DNA from: an uncultured Nitrospiraceae bacterium
GTDB taxonomy: Bacteria; Nitrospirota; Nitrospiria; Nitrospirales; Nitrospiraceae
Length of the DNA stretch: 24,000 nucleotides
Direction of reading: 5' to 3'
NCBI GenBank assembly: GCA_963742465.1
Contig: CAVUMA010000001.1
Coordinates: forward strand, 106,581 to 130,580
Made by a program: the position numbers and the translations under genes. Within the stretch, counting starts at the first letter, position 1; every line of letters starts with the position of its first letter. The notes beneath the pieces were generated by a model. The model was not told where the DNA came from. It did not search any database and saw only the letters and a program-made list of their open reading frames with translations. Shown here one piece after another: positions 1-9,149 of the stretch.

Positions 1-749
1 CTGCAATCTCGCGCTGCGACATCCCGGCGTAGACTTCCACCTCGACGTTGGCTCTGTAGTCCAACGCGTGTGACGGACGGCCCTTCGGCCACTGATCCTT
101 AGGCCAAGTGATCGTGTCGCGCTCAGATTCGCGCTCGGCGAACTCCTGCAGATGGCAGTTGCCGCAGACGTCTGCGGTAGGCATCTTGATGTCTGCGCGG
201 TGATCGGCCTTCTTCTTGGTATTGATGTCAACGTGACAATCGATGCAGCCGACTTCCTTCAATTGTTCGGTTGCACCGAGCTTACCCAGTGAACGCAGGT
301 TCGCTTCGACATCCTCCAGCTTCGCTTTTTTGTAGTAGGTATCATCTTTCGGGGTGAGCTTACGGATCTTGTCCAGATTGGCGTGGGTACTTTTCTTCCA
401 CATGGCCACCCAGCCTGGCGACTCATCGGTGTGGCATTTCACACATTGCTCGCGGGTCGCGATATCCTTGACTGATGTCGGTGGCTTGTAAAAGCTGGCA
501 TGGGTCGAGATACTTACTGAATGGGAGCGGCTCCCAATATTGGCCGTACTTCCCTTTTCCAAAGCCTTCGGCTGGATCCAGGTAGCGTTTCAGCAACGCC
601 TCATGCAACTGCTTGGGGCTGGCTGACTTATCGAGCTTCAGCGCCTCGTAGGTTTCCTTGGGGACGGTGGGAAAATCCGCCTGCGCTGTCCCAGCGAGCA
701 GAACGCCGCTCAGGGCCAGGACGCAGCTTGCCAAGAGGTTAGACTTCAT
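1..749 (-). CDS. haoA: Hydroxylamine dehydrogenase (octahaem HAO), N-terminal part. The gene runs off the window start. Apparent 1-nt frameshift at about 490..493.
   Basis: Minus-strand ORF 423..749 gives signal peptide [24 protein letters not shown], then [16 protein letters not shown]...[16 protein letters not shown] second minus frame over 2..~480 reads [47 protein letters not shown]...[53 protein letters not shown]...[14 protein letters not shown]. This is collinear with my recollection of Nitrosomonas europaea HAO and includes three CxxCH haem motifs. The two frames join at an A/T run (490..493). Confidence 0.85.
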
Positions 750-767
750 GCCTGTACTCCTTCCGTT

Positions 768-799
768 AAAAATATGCGACTCTTAAAAAAAATATGCGA
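768..799. repeat. Direct repeat AAAAATATGCGA x2 (768..779 and 788..799), 20-bp period, in the hao leader
   Basis: Exact 12-mer read twice, 19-50 nt upstream of the hao ATG (749). On the coding strand it reads TCGCATATTTTT. It lies between the candidate promoter and the RBS GGAAGGAG. Confidence 0.6.
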
Positions 800-862
800 A
801 ATCTAACTGTATTTGACGACATATAATTTTCAGTCCTGCATTAGTACGCTGTAATGTGCGCC

Positions 863-891
863 TTTATATCTCTGCCTATCTCGGATGTCAA
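863..891 (-). promoter_or_regulatory. Candidate sigma70 promoter for hao (TTGACA-17 nt-TATAAA on the minus strand)
   Basis: The reverse complement reads TTGACA (886..891), a 17-nt spacer, then TATAAA (863..868), inside the AT-rich 750..1047 spacer. Identified by motif only. Confidence 0.4.
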
Positions 892-1047
892 TAGATTTGG
901 ATAATGAAATCATTGTTTTGTTTAAAATAATTTCTCGACCAACCTTCTGCAAGATAAATGCCTCAATAACTCGTGTTCGCAGCAACAGAGGGAGATGGCA
1001 TATAGCATGGTGCTAAGGAAGAGCGCGCCATGCAGATTTCTTTAGCG

Positions 1048-1503
1048 CTATGGTCTTTCACGATCGATGACGATGGTGACCCCATCCGTTCCAGGCTTCA
1101 CCGGCTGACTCATCCCTTCCAAGTCTCCACTTTGCGGCATAGCTTGGCCGGACTTCGACAGACGAGCCACAATGACCACGGTTCCGACATCGGAGAGTTT
1201 TCTGGACGGCATCATGCTGTTCGAGTCATCGAGCCGGAACGTGAAGGGCAAATCTTTTTTCGTCGCCCGCACGATCGCGACAGGCATCGGTGGGCCGTTC
1301 GTCTCGCGCGCAAACACAAACAACGTGTCCGTCGCAGACCCCTTGCCGGCCAGGCCCGGCGCCATAACTACCTTGCCGGTAATCGCAAGCGACTGTCCAG
1401 CCAACTGAGCCGTCACCGTCGGTTCCGCATATCCGGGCACCGTTGAAGCAAGCAGAACGCCACAGACCAGCAGTACGCATCTCATCAAAAACTTGTGGAC
1501 CAT
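1048..1503 (-). CDS. Secreted stand-alone paralog of the CcmI/CycH C-terminal Ig-like domain
   Basis: ATG at 1503 preceded by GGGAG. Signal peptide MVHKFLMRCVLLVCGVLLASTVPGYA, then ...GKVVMAPGLAGKGSATDTLFVFARETNGPPMPVAIVRATKKDLPFTFRLDDSNSMMPSRKLSDVGTVVIVARLSKSGQAMPQSGDLEGMSQPVKPGTDGVTIVIDRERP. About 80% identical to the two domain copies at 1769..2500. The pattern (D-T-hFhFA+...GPPMP..., MMP...LS, AR-S-SG-A-PQ-GD) matches my recollection of the C-terminal domain of proteobacterial CcmI/CycH. Confidence 0.7.
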   Translation of the reverse strand: MVHKFLMRCVLLVCGVLLASTVPGYAEPTVTAQLAGQSLAITGKVVMAPGLAGKGSATDTLFVFARETNGPPMPVAIVRATKKDLPFTFRLDDSNSMMPSRKLSDVGTVVIVARLSKSGQAMPQSGDLEGMSQPVKPGTDGVTIVIDRERP

Positions 1504-2556
1504 GTGCGTACTCCCGTTTGTTAAGACTCTTCTGATTGTCTTTAGTATGCTCGATCGTTCGCGAACCGCGCACATGTATCTCAGCCTACATCGGAAAATG
1601 TCAAGGAGATTTGGGCAGTACGTTTAATGGCTGACTGCAACAAGCAAGTTCTGCGCGTTTTCACGACGAGCCGTCGTAAATATGCGGCCTAAGAATTCTT
1701 TGGAAGGATCAACTGTAGCCACGAGCACTGGGGCGGTGAGAAGAGAGAGGCTTGTGGGCTTCCCGGCGCTACGGTCTTTCACGATCGATGACGACGGTGA
1801 TTCCATCCACTCCAGATTGTACCGGCTGACTCGTCCCCTCCAGGTCTCCACTTTGTGGCATCGCCTGGCCGGACTTCGACAGACGGGCCACAATGACGAC
1901 CGGTCCTGCACTGGAAAGTTTTCTGGACGGCATCGGACTGGTTGAGTCATCGAGCTGGAACGTAAAGGGTAACTCTTTTCTCGTCGCCCGCACGATCGAC
2001 ACCGGCATGGGTGGACCACTCATTTCGCGTGCAAATACAAATAGTGTGTCTGTCGGGGATCCTTTGCCGGCTAGGCCCGGCGCCATAGTCACTGTGCCTC
2101 TGATCGCACGCGGTTGTCCGGTCTGCCTGGTGGCTGGAGCCGGCGCTGCCGATTCTTTATCCATGGTCTTTCACGATCGATGACGACGGTGATCCCATCC
2201 ACTCCAGATTGTATCGGCTGGCTCGTCCCCTCTAGATCTCCACTTTGCGGCATCGCCTGGCCGGACTTCGACAGACGGGCCACAATCACCACCGGTCCTG
2301 CACTGGAGAGTTTTCTGGACGGCATTGGGCTGGTTGAGTCATCGAGCTGAAACGTAAAGGGTAGATCTTTTCTCGTCGCCCGTACGATCGACACCGGCAT
2401 CGGTGGGCCATTCATCTCGCGTGCAAATACAAATAATGTGTCCGTCGGAGATCCCTTGCCGGCCAAGCCGGGCGCCATCGTCACCGTGCCTTTGATCATA
2501 CGCGGCTGTCCGGCTTGGCCGAGTTGGTTTGACCGGTGCTGCCGGTTCCGTAAGCG
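1048..2556. repeat. Three tandem coding repeats (linker + CycH Ig-like domain). Copy A about 1048..1440; copy B 1769..2160; copy C 2161..~2553. The B/C unit is about 392-394 bp.
   Basis: DNA repeat visible directly: each copy begins (plus strand) C[TC]A[TC]GGTCTTTCACGATCGATGACGA... B and C differ at roughly 10% of bases by hand alignment. A is more diverged. Confidence 0.9.
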
Positions 2557-3453
2557 CAGACATCATGTCTTTCGGCCACCACCAAGTTGGCTCTGGGCCT
2601 CTTCGATTGCAGCCATCAGTTGCTGTGTCATCTCCGGGTCTACGTCCGCAGGAAGGTTCGCACGAGCTTGTTCCCAGTCCTTGACCGCCCGCGCAAAGTC
2701 TTTTCGGTTGAACGCCACGGTCCCTGACAGCATCAGCGCCTTCACGTTACGTGGATCGATCTTCAGCGCCTGTTGAATCAAGACTTCTGGCTTCCCTTCC
2801 AACTTGCGACCATGGACGACCCCCAAGGTGTCGGCATAGTCGGCGAGTAACTGGGCATCATCAGGAATCAGAGCCACGGCTTTCTCGATAGACCTGCACG
2901 GCCTCGGCGTTGCGTCCCATTCCCACATACGAACGCGCGAGCAATACCCAGCCCACACCATCATTCGGATTCTGCTCCATTTTCTGTTTGAGTCGCTCGA
3001 TCAATGCCTTCGAGCGAGTCAGCGGACGGATGCGCACCTTCTGAACTTCCTTGCGCAGACAGTACGAGCCGCAGTTGGCTGCGTCATGGCGAGTGGATTT
3101 CCAAGCTCCCAATAGAGCAACCCACTGACAGTCGGGACGATGACGGCCAGTGCAAAAGCCACCGGCCTGCTATTTATCTGTCGTTGTGCCCTTGTGGGCG
3201 TCGTCTCTGTGGTGCCGGTTTCTTCCAACAGACGGCGTTCGAGCTCACGTCGCGCCTGCTGATACAATTCGTCGGTGAGCACGCCGTTTGCCCGATCCTG
3301 CCCTAGTTCCGCAAACTGCTGTCGGAAAATAGACAGTGTCTTCTCCTGCTCTCCCGTTGCAGCCTTGACTGTGCGCTTCAGCAGCGGCCACAACAGGAGG
3401 CCAAGGATAAGAAGGGTCATGGTCGATGCAATCAGCCAGAATATGATCGTCAA
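1769..3453 (-). CDS. ccmI: Cytochrome c maturation protein CcmI/CycH (TM + TPR) carrying two tandem C-terminal Ig-like domains. Reading frame broken about 5 times.
   Basis: Start ATG at 3453 overlaps the ccmH stop (ATGA). N-terminal TM segment MTIIFWLIASTMTLLILGLLLWPLLKR. TPR-like pieces sit in three frames (...NPNDGVGWVLLARSYVGMGRNAEAVQVY / EKAVALIPDDAQLLADYADTLGVVHGRKLEG...KALMLSGTVAFNRKDFARAVKDWEQA). Then come linker TEPAAPVKPT..QLGQAGQPR + Ig copy C, and linker KESAAPAPATRQTGQPR + Ig copy B ending TAG at 1769. Frame breaks are near 3040-3075, 2886-2892, 2555-2575, 2515-2530 and 2161-2166. The true 3' end (2563, 2089 or 1769) depends on whether these are sequencing errors. Confidence 0.65.
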
Positions 3454-3911
3454 GGGCGATGCGCTCCTTCGGATAGCAGTTTCTCGACACGGTTGTGCTC
3501 GGCTTCCGACAATGTCACGTCGGTCAGCTTCTTTTGTCTCCTGCGCAGTGCAAACACCAATCCCGTTGCACCAGCTCCCAGCAAGAGGAACGGCCCCACC
3601 CAGAGCAATGTGGTCGTGAGCTTCCAGGGTGGCCGGTATAAGACAAAATCTCCGTAACGCGTGACGAGAAAATCGATGATTTCCGGGTCACTCATACCTT
3701 TGGCGATCATCTCGCGCACTTCTCGGCGCAAGTCTTCGGCCAACGGCGCATTCGAGTCGGCCAACGTCTGGTTCTGACAGACCAGGCAGCGCAGCTCGAC
3801 GGCGAGGACTTTCAATCGCGCCTCAACCTGCGGATTCGCAGCAAGCGGCTGGGCCTCGTACGCCGTAGCGAGACTTGGGAGCAGCAACATGAGCACCCAC
3901 AGCCATCTCAT
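3450..3911 (-). CDS. ccmH: Cytochrome c maturation protein CcmH/CycL (thiol-reducing, LRCxxC)
   Basis: Intact 153-aa ORF with a signal peptide, the motif LRCLVCQNQTLADSNAPLA and a C-terminal TM. Its start overlaps the ccmG stop (ATGA). Confidence 0.85.
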   Translation of the reverse strand: MRWLWVLMLLLPSLATAYEAQPLAANPQVEARLKVLAVELRCLVCQNQTLADSNAPLAEDLRREVREMIAKGMSDPEIIDFLVTRYGDFVLYRPPWKLTTTLLWVGPFLLLGAGATGLVFALRRRQKKLTDVTLSEAEHNRVEKLLSEGAHRP

Positions 3912-4436
3912 TGGTTTTGCAACTCCCTGACCAGGGGCAAAATCTTTTTCTCCAAGATGTCCTCGCGCAGCGGGCCAATCTGCTTGTAGCGGATGACGCC
4001 CTGCTTATCGATCACGTAGGTTTCCGGTACGCCGTAGACCCCGTAATTAATGCCGACACGCCCCGGCTCATCTACGGCAACGATCTGATAGGGATTGCCC
4101 CACTCCTTCAACCACGCCAGAGCCTCGCTCCGTTGATCCTTATAGTCCATGCCATAGATGGGCACCTCCCCGGATTGCGCGAGGTGGATGAGTACCGGGT
4201 GCTCGTCCTTGCAGCCCCCGCACCATGATGCCCAGAAGTTGAGCAGCCAGACCTTGCCCTTAAGGTCGTTCGACGAAATCACTTTTCGCAGGATCATGGA
4301 GCTGCGGCAGCGAAAACTCAGGCGCCGCCTTCCCAACCAAGGGAGACGGCAATTCACGCGGATTGAGCGTCAGCCCGACCGCAAGAAACCCGACCACGAC
4401 GATGAAGAGCCCGAACGGGATGAGAAACCGGTTCAT
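3908..4436 (-). CDS. ccmG: Periplasmic thiol:disulfide oxidoreductase CcmG/DsbE. Apparent 1-nt frameshift in a T/A run at 4283..4286.
   Basis: N-terminal piece [51 protein letters not shown] (frame of ORF 4260..4571), then VISSNDLKGKVWLLNFWASWCGGCKDEHP...GVYGVPETYVIDKQGVIRYKQIGPL (ORF 3908..4357). Thioredoxin CxxC motif present. The start overlaps the ccmF stop. Confidence 0.8.
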
Positions 4437-6428
4437 GAGACGGTCGGGCGCGCCATCTGTGCCGTGGCCGGCACCGCGGCCTCTTTCCGCCGCCAGGCCA
4501 GCCGATAGCGCCGATCGCTGACGGCCAGGACACCACCCGAGGCCATGACCAAACAGCCCCCCCAGATCCAATCGATAAAGGGTTTGTGGTAGAGCCTCAC
4601 GCTCCAGGCTCCGCCCTCAAGCGGCTCGCCCAACGACACGTACAGATCGCGCAACAAGCCCGGTGCGATCGCTGCTTCGGTCATTGTCTGGTTCTGCACG
4701 AAGTACCGGCGCTTTTCGGGATACATCACCGTCACCTCACGGCCATCCTGGCTCACATGAAACGTTCCCCGCGCCGCCACATAGTTCGGACCCTTTACCT
4801 GCTCGGTGCCGTCAAAACGGAATGTATAGCCGCCAAGCGTGGCTGTCTCGCCAACATTCATCCGCACATCCTGCTCCACTTCGAAGCCCTTCACCATGGT
4901 CACACCGACGATGAACAGAGCGACGCCGCAGTGGGCCAGTACCATGCCCCAATAGGCACGGGGCAGCGTGGCCACACGGCCTCCAATGCTGCCGCTACCC
5001 TCAGCCTGGAGCAGCCGCTCCCGCAGATCCACCAGGATCGTCGCCAGAATCCAGAAGGCCAGCAGCAGCCCTAGACTGATCAGCGGCGTCCATTGGCCCA
5101 TGAGCCACGGCACCGCCACGGCGGTTACCAGACTGACGCCGAAGGCCCAGCGCAGACGGATGGCCAAGGCCGGCAGGCTCGCCTGTTTCCATTGGGCCAG
5201 CGGCCCGATCCCCATCAAAAATATGGCGGGAGTCATCAGGGGAAGAAAGACCGTGTCGAAGTACGGCGGACCGACCGAGATTTTGCCAAGGTCCAGCGCA
5301 TCCAGGAACAAGGGATACAGTGTCCCCAGGAGCACTGAGCCCAAGGCCGCCACCAGCAACACGTTGTTCGCCAGCAACATCCCCTCGCGTGAGATCAGGG
5401 CAAAGCCCCCGCCCAATCCCACTCGTGGCGCACGCCACGCATACAAGACCAGACGAGCCGCCGATCACCACGGCCAGGAATATAAGAATGAACAATCCGC
5501 GCTTCGGATCGGTGGCGAATGCATGCACGGAGGTCAAGACGCCGGAACGGACCAAGAAGGTCCCGAGCAGACTGAGCGAGAACGCCATAATGGCGAGCAG
5601 TACGCTCCAGGCTTTGAAGCCGCCCCGTTTATCGGTAACTGCCAGCGAATGCATCAACGCGGTTCCAGCCAACCAGGGCATGAAGGAGGCGTTTTCGACC
5701 GGATCCCAGAACCACCACCCACCCCAGCCCAGCTCGTAATAGGCCCAGCCGCTCCCCATCGCAACCCCGACGGTCATAAAACACCAGGCGACTGTGGTCC
5801 AGGGGCGAGACCAGCGCGCCCAAGCCGCATCCAACGTGCCCCCCAAGAGCGCGGCGATCGCAAAAGAAAACGCCACGGAGAACCCCACGTACCCCATGTA
5901 GAGCATCGGCGGGTGGATTACCATGCCTGGGTCCTGCAGCAGCGGATTCAAATCGCGCCCATCCAATGCAGCAGGAATCAACCGCTCGAACGGATTGGAG
6001 ACCGTCAACATGAATAAAAGAAATCCCACGCTGACGAGGCCCATCACGCCCAAAATACGCGCGCGCATCGCATCTGGCAGATGGGTTGAAAAGAACGAGA
6101 CGGCGACCATCCAGATGCTGAGGATGAACATCCAGAGAAGCAACGAGCCTTCGTGCGCGCCCCAGATGGCTGCAAGGCGATAATGCAGCGGGAGTTGAGA
6201 GTTCGACGTGGCCGCGACGTAGAGCACGGAAAAGTCTTTGTCCGCAAAGGCATATCCCAGGCAACAAAACGCCAGCAGAACCAGAAGGAATTGCCCGCGC
6301 GCCGCCGGCTTCGCAACGGCCATCAGCGAGGCGTTTCCCACTGCGGCACCATAGATGGGCAGGGTTCCCTGCACCACCGCCACGCAGAGCGCGAGTATTA
6401 AGGCATAATGACCGATTTCTGGAATCAT
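4433..6428 (-). CDS. ccmF: Cytochrome c haem lyase subunit CcmF. Apparent 1-nt frameshift near 5452.
   Basis: ORF 5001..6428 ([14 protein letters not shown]...[27 protein letters not shown]..., WWD motif) continues in ORF 4433..5446 (...[27 protein letters not shown]...[18 protein letters not shown]). The junction reads VIGGS|LVLYAWR. Confidence 0.9.
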
Positions 6429-6436
6429 GTAGGCTC

Positions 6437-6904
6437 CTAGCGTGGATTGACAACCAGGGTGCCGCTGCTCTGCGCCCCTACGGTCTTGGCCTTGGCCAGC
6501 GCGTCTGCGGCTTCCGGCGGCATATAGTTTTCATCGTGCTTCGCCAGCACTTCACTCGCTAGAAATGCCCCATTGGCACCGAGTTGCCCCTGGGCAACGA
6601 CGCCCTTCCCTTCCTTGAAGAGGTCCGGGAGTATCCCCTTGAACGTCACGGGCACACGTTTCGCCATGTCGGTCACGATAAAATGCACAGTCAGTCCATC
6701 GCCTTCGCGGGTGAGACTTCCGGCTTCGACCATTCCGCCGATGCGGAAGCTGCGCCCCTGGGGCACGTCCCCATTGGCAGCCTGCGTCGGTGTATAAAAG
6801 AACACGAGGTTGCTTTGGAACGCATTCAACACCAAGGCTGCCGCCACGGCCAACGCGACCAATCCCAGGCCGATGAGGACAAACCGTTTCTGTCGAGGTT
6901 TCAT
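6437..6904 (-). CDS. ccmE: Haem chaperone CcmE
   Basis: Intact 155-aa ORF with an N-terminal TM anchor, an OB-fold region and the haem-binding motif [12 protein letters not shown]. Confidence 0.9.
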   Translation of the reverse strand: MKPRQKRFVLIGLGLVALAVAAALVLNAFQSNLVFFYTPTQAANGDVPQGRSFRIGGMVEAGSLTREGDGLTVHFIVTDMAKRVPVTFKGILPDLFKEGKGVVAQGQLGANGAFLASEVLAKHDENYMPPEAADALAKAKTVGAQSSGTLVVNPR

Positions 6905-6930
6905 CGTCTCCGTCTCCTCCTACGACTCCA

Positions 6931-7076
6931 TCACGACTCCCGGCCGCTACTGCATGCCGCCGCCACACCGCGAGGACTTCTCCCCCCATACATAAGGCCG
7001 TGGCACCAAACGAGGCCCACACGTAGAGACCGTACCCGCCCATCGCAAAAAACTCCGCCAGGCTCCCCCACTGCAT
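6931..7076 (-). CDS. ccmD: Haem exporter accessory protein CcmD (small TM protein). 3' end uncertain; probable frameshift around 6935-6950.
   Basis: The ATG at 7076 overlaps the ccmC stop (ATGA). It encodes MQWGSLAEFFAMGGYGLYVWASFGATALCMGGEVLAVWRRH..., typical of CcmD. In the given frame the ORF has no stop before ccmE and runs through it. A 1-nt shift gives a stop at 6931, just upstream of the ccmE RBS AGGAGGAGA. Confidence 0.55.
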
Positions 7077-7838
7077 CAGCGCGCCTCCACGACGTCCGGC
7101 ATCGAGGCCTGTTTTCCCCACGACGGTTGTCGCTCCCGCTCAACAATCACGCAACGCATGCGGACCAACGTCACCGCGATGCTGTACATCCAGAAGCCGA
7201 ACATCATCACCAACATCGCCGTCACCATCGTCCCTGCCATTGTCGGCGCCGCCGTGATACTGACGGAGGCTCCTTGATGCAACGTGTTCCACCAACGCAC
7301 GGAAAAATAGATGATCGGGACATTGATCACCCCCACCAGCGCCAAGACGGCACTTGCGCGATCGGCGCGGCGCAGGTCGTCGATCGACGAACGCAGCAAG
7401 ATGATCCCGATATACTGAAACAGCAAAATCAGCTCCGACGTCAGCCGGGCATCCCACACCCACCACGCCCCCCAGGTCGGCTTGCCCCACATCGCCCCGG
7501 TGAACAGCGCGAGGAACGTAAACATCGCCCCGGTCGGAGCGATGGCCTGCGCCATCATGAATGAGGGGCGCGCATTGAGCCCCAATCCAAGAGCCGGCCC
7601 AGATGGCCATGATGACGTAGAGAAACATGGACATCCAGGCAGCCGGCACATGAACGAAGATAATACGGTAGGCATCTCCTTGGGTCACATCGGTCGGGGC
7701 GACAAAGAAACCCACATACAGGCCGACCCCGATCAACCCCAGCGCGGCGGCGGCAAACCATGGGATCATCCGCCCGGCCATCGGGTAGATTGCCTGTGGC
7801 GACGAATACTTAAACCAGTTGATGCCCGTGACGCTCAT
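7076..7838 (-). CDS. ccmC: Haem exporter protein CcmC. Apparent 1-nt frameshift near 7600.
   Basis: ORF 7140..7838 (MSVTGINWFKYSSPQAIYPMAGRMIPWF...IFVHVPAAWMSMFLYVIMAIW) continues in ORF 7076..7675 (...LGLGLNARPSFMMAQAIAPTGAMFTFLALFTGAMWGKPTWGAWWVWDARLTSELILLF...). WWD motif present. Confidence 0.85.
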
Positions 7839-7848
7839 AACGAAAGTC

Positions 7849-8532
7849 TCATTCTAACGCAATGCGTAATGCAACAGCAGTGGCCCATGGTGCAAACGCA
7901 AGTGAGAGCAGAAAGCAGGCACCGAGTAACGACAGATTCGCTTCGCTGCCGATTCCGGCCAAGCTATTCGTGACAGCGCCAGCCCCAAAGATCAGCACCG
8001 GAATAAAGAGGGGAAGCACCAGGAGGGCAACCAGCAAGCCGCTCCCGCGCAACCCAAGAGTTAGCGCAGCGCCGATCGCTCCAATCATACTCAACGTCGG
8101 CGTGCCAAGCAAGAGCGATAACGTCAACACCGCCAGCGAGTCCCCGCCCAGGCCGAATTGCAAGCCGAGGAGAGGCGAGAGCAGAACTACTGGCAAGCCG
8201 GAGATCACCCAGTGCGTGAACACCTTGCCAACGACCAGAACGGCAAGAGGCTGAGGTATCAATAGCGTCTGCTCCAACACACCATCGAGATAATCAGCTG
8301 TGAACAGGCGTCCCAGTGACAGCAGGCATGCAAGCAGCGCCGTGACCCAGAGCACACCGGAGGCGATCATCCTCAGGACCGCCGGCTCCGGCCCGACCCC
8401 CAACGGAAAGAGGCTCGCGACGATGACGACGAAAAAGACCGACATCGCCACATCCGAACGATGCCTCATGGCCAGGAGAAGATCGCGCCGGACAACCCCG
8501 CGCAGCGCCTCACTCATGCTGGGCTGGCTCAT
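7849..8532 (-). CDS. ccmB: Haem exporter permease CcmB
   Basis: Intact 227-aa polytopic membrane ORF between ccmA and ccmC. Its start overlaps the ccmA stop (ATGA). The sequence pattern is typical of CcmB. Confidence 0.85.
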   Translation of the reverse strand: MSQPSMSEALRGVVRRDLLLAMRHRSDVAMSVFFVVIVASLFPLGVGPEPAVLRMIASGVLWVTALLACLLSLGRLFTADYLDGVLEQTLLIPQPLAVLVVGKVFTHWVISGLPVVLLSPLLGLQFGLGGDSLAVLTLSLLLGTPTLSMIGAIGAALTLGLRGSGLLVALLVLPLFIPVLIFGAGAVTNSLAGIGSEANLSLLGACFLLSLAFAPWATAVALRIALE

Positions 8533-9149
8533 CGAGTCAGCCTCAGGTACTGGACAGAATCAGCCGGGAGAGCGATCTCCTGGTGAGTGGCAACAACCAC
8601 CATGCCACCATGACTCAGATGCGACTGTAGACGTTGGGTTAAGTAACTTGTGGCCGTAGTGTCAAGTGACGCGAACGGCTCATCCAAGAGCCATAACGGA
8701 CGTGTAGAAAGCCAGAGACGCGCCAGTGCCACACGGCGCTTTTGTCCTTGCGATAGGACCCTCGTCGGCAGACGATGAACCGATCGCCCGAGACCGACGG
8801 CCTCCAACGCCTTTTGCACAATTTCACCGGAGCTTTCATCGCCGGCCAGGCAGGCGGAGACCTTGAGGTTTTCGACTGGGGTTAGCTCATCCTTGATGCC
8901 GTTGAGATGCCCTACATAGGTAAGCTGGGCACTATAGAGTTCCTTGAGTTGGCGGATGTCTTTCCCTTGCCAAAGGATCGCACCACAATCGGGCGACAAC
9001 AGGCCGCACAGCATGCGGAGGAAGCTGGTTTTCCCGCTGCCGTTCTCACCGACCACAGCCAGCAGAGTTCCTGGCTTGACCGTCACGCTGACGTCGGAGA
9101 ACAGCAGTCGTTCCCCGCGACTGCCGCTCAGTGCGACGGTTTGGAACAT
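8529..9149 (-). CDS. ccmA: Haem exporter ATP-binding protein CcmA
   Basis: Intact 206-aa ORF with Walker A GENGSGKTS, ABC signature LSQGQKRRVALARL and Walker B LWLLDEP. Confidence 0.85.
   Translation of the reverse strand: MFQTVALSGSRGERLLFSDVSVTVKPGTLLAVVGENGSGKTSFLRMLCGLLSPDCGAILWQGKDIRQLKELYSAQLTYVGHLNGIKDELTPVENLKVSACLAGDESSGEIVQKALEAVGLGRSVHRLPTRVLSQGQKRRVALARLWLSTRPLWLLDEPFASLDTTATSYLTQRLQSHLSHGGMVVVATHQEIALPADSVQYLRLTR

Noticed and set aside
1599-1604. TTGACA on the minus strand upstream of the stand-alone Ig-domain gene, considered as its promoter
   Set aside because: The best -10 at the proper spacing is AGATAC/GATACA, which is a poor match. It is left uncalled.
2161-2166. Possible programmed -1 ribosomal frameshift at the junction of CcmI Ig-domain copies C and B
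   Set aside because: There is no slippery X-XXY-YYZ heptamer or obvious downstream structure at the junction. The window contains about 16 other unexplained +/-1 shifts, so a consensus error is the simpler explanation.
1048-2556. Repeat array considered as a CRISPR or satellite
   Set aside because: The units are about 390 bp, protein-coding and carry synonymous-dominated divergence. There is no short repeat/spacer architecture and there are no cas genes.
4968-6017. 349-aa plus-strand ORF, with neighbours 5320..5739 and 5629..6453
   Set aside because: It lies antisense or out of frame to ccmF, whose minus-strand translation carries the WWD motif and full-length homology. The composition is Arg/Pro/His/Gly-rich, typical of spurious frames in GC-rich coding DNA.
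6584-7564. 326-aa plus-strand ORF across ccmE/ccmD/ccmC
   Set aside because: It is antisense to three well-supported ccm genes, has a low-complexity R/H/P-rich sequence and has no RBS.
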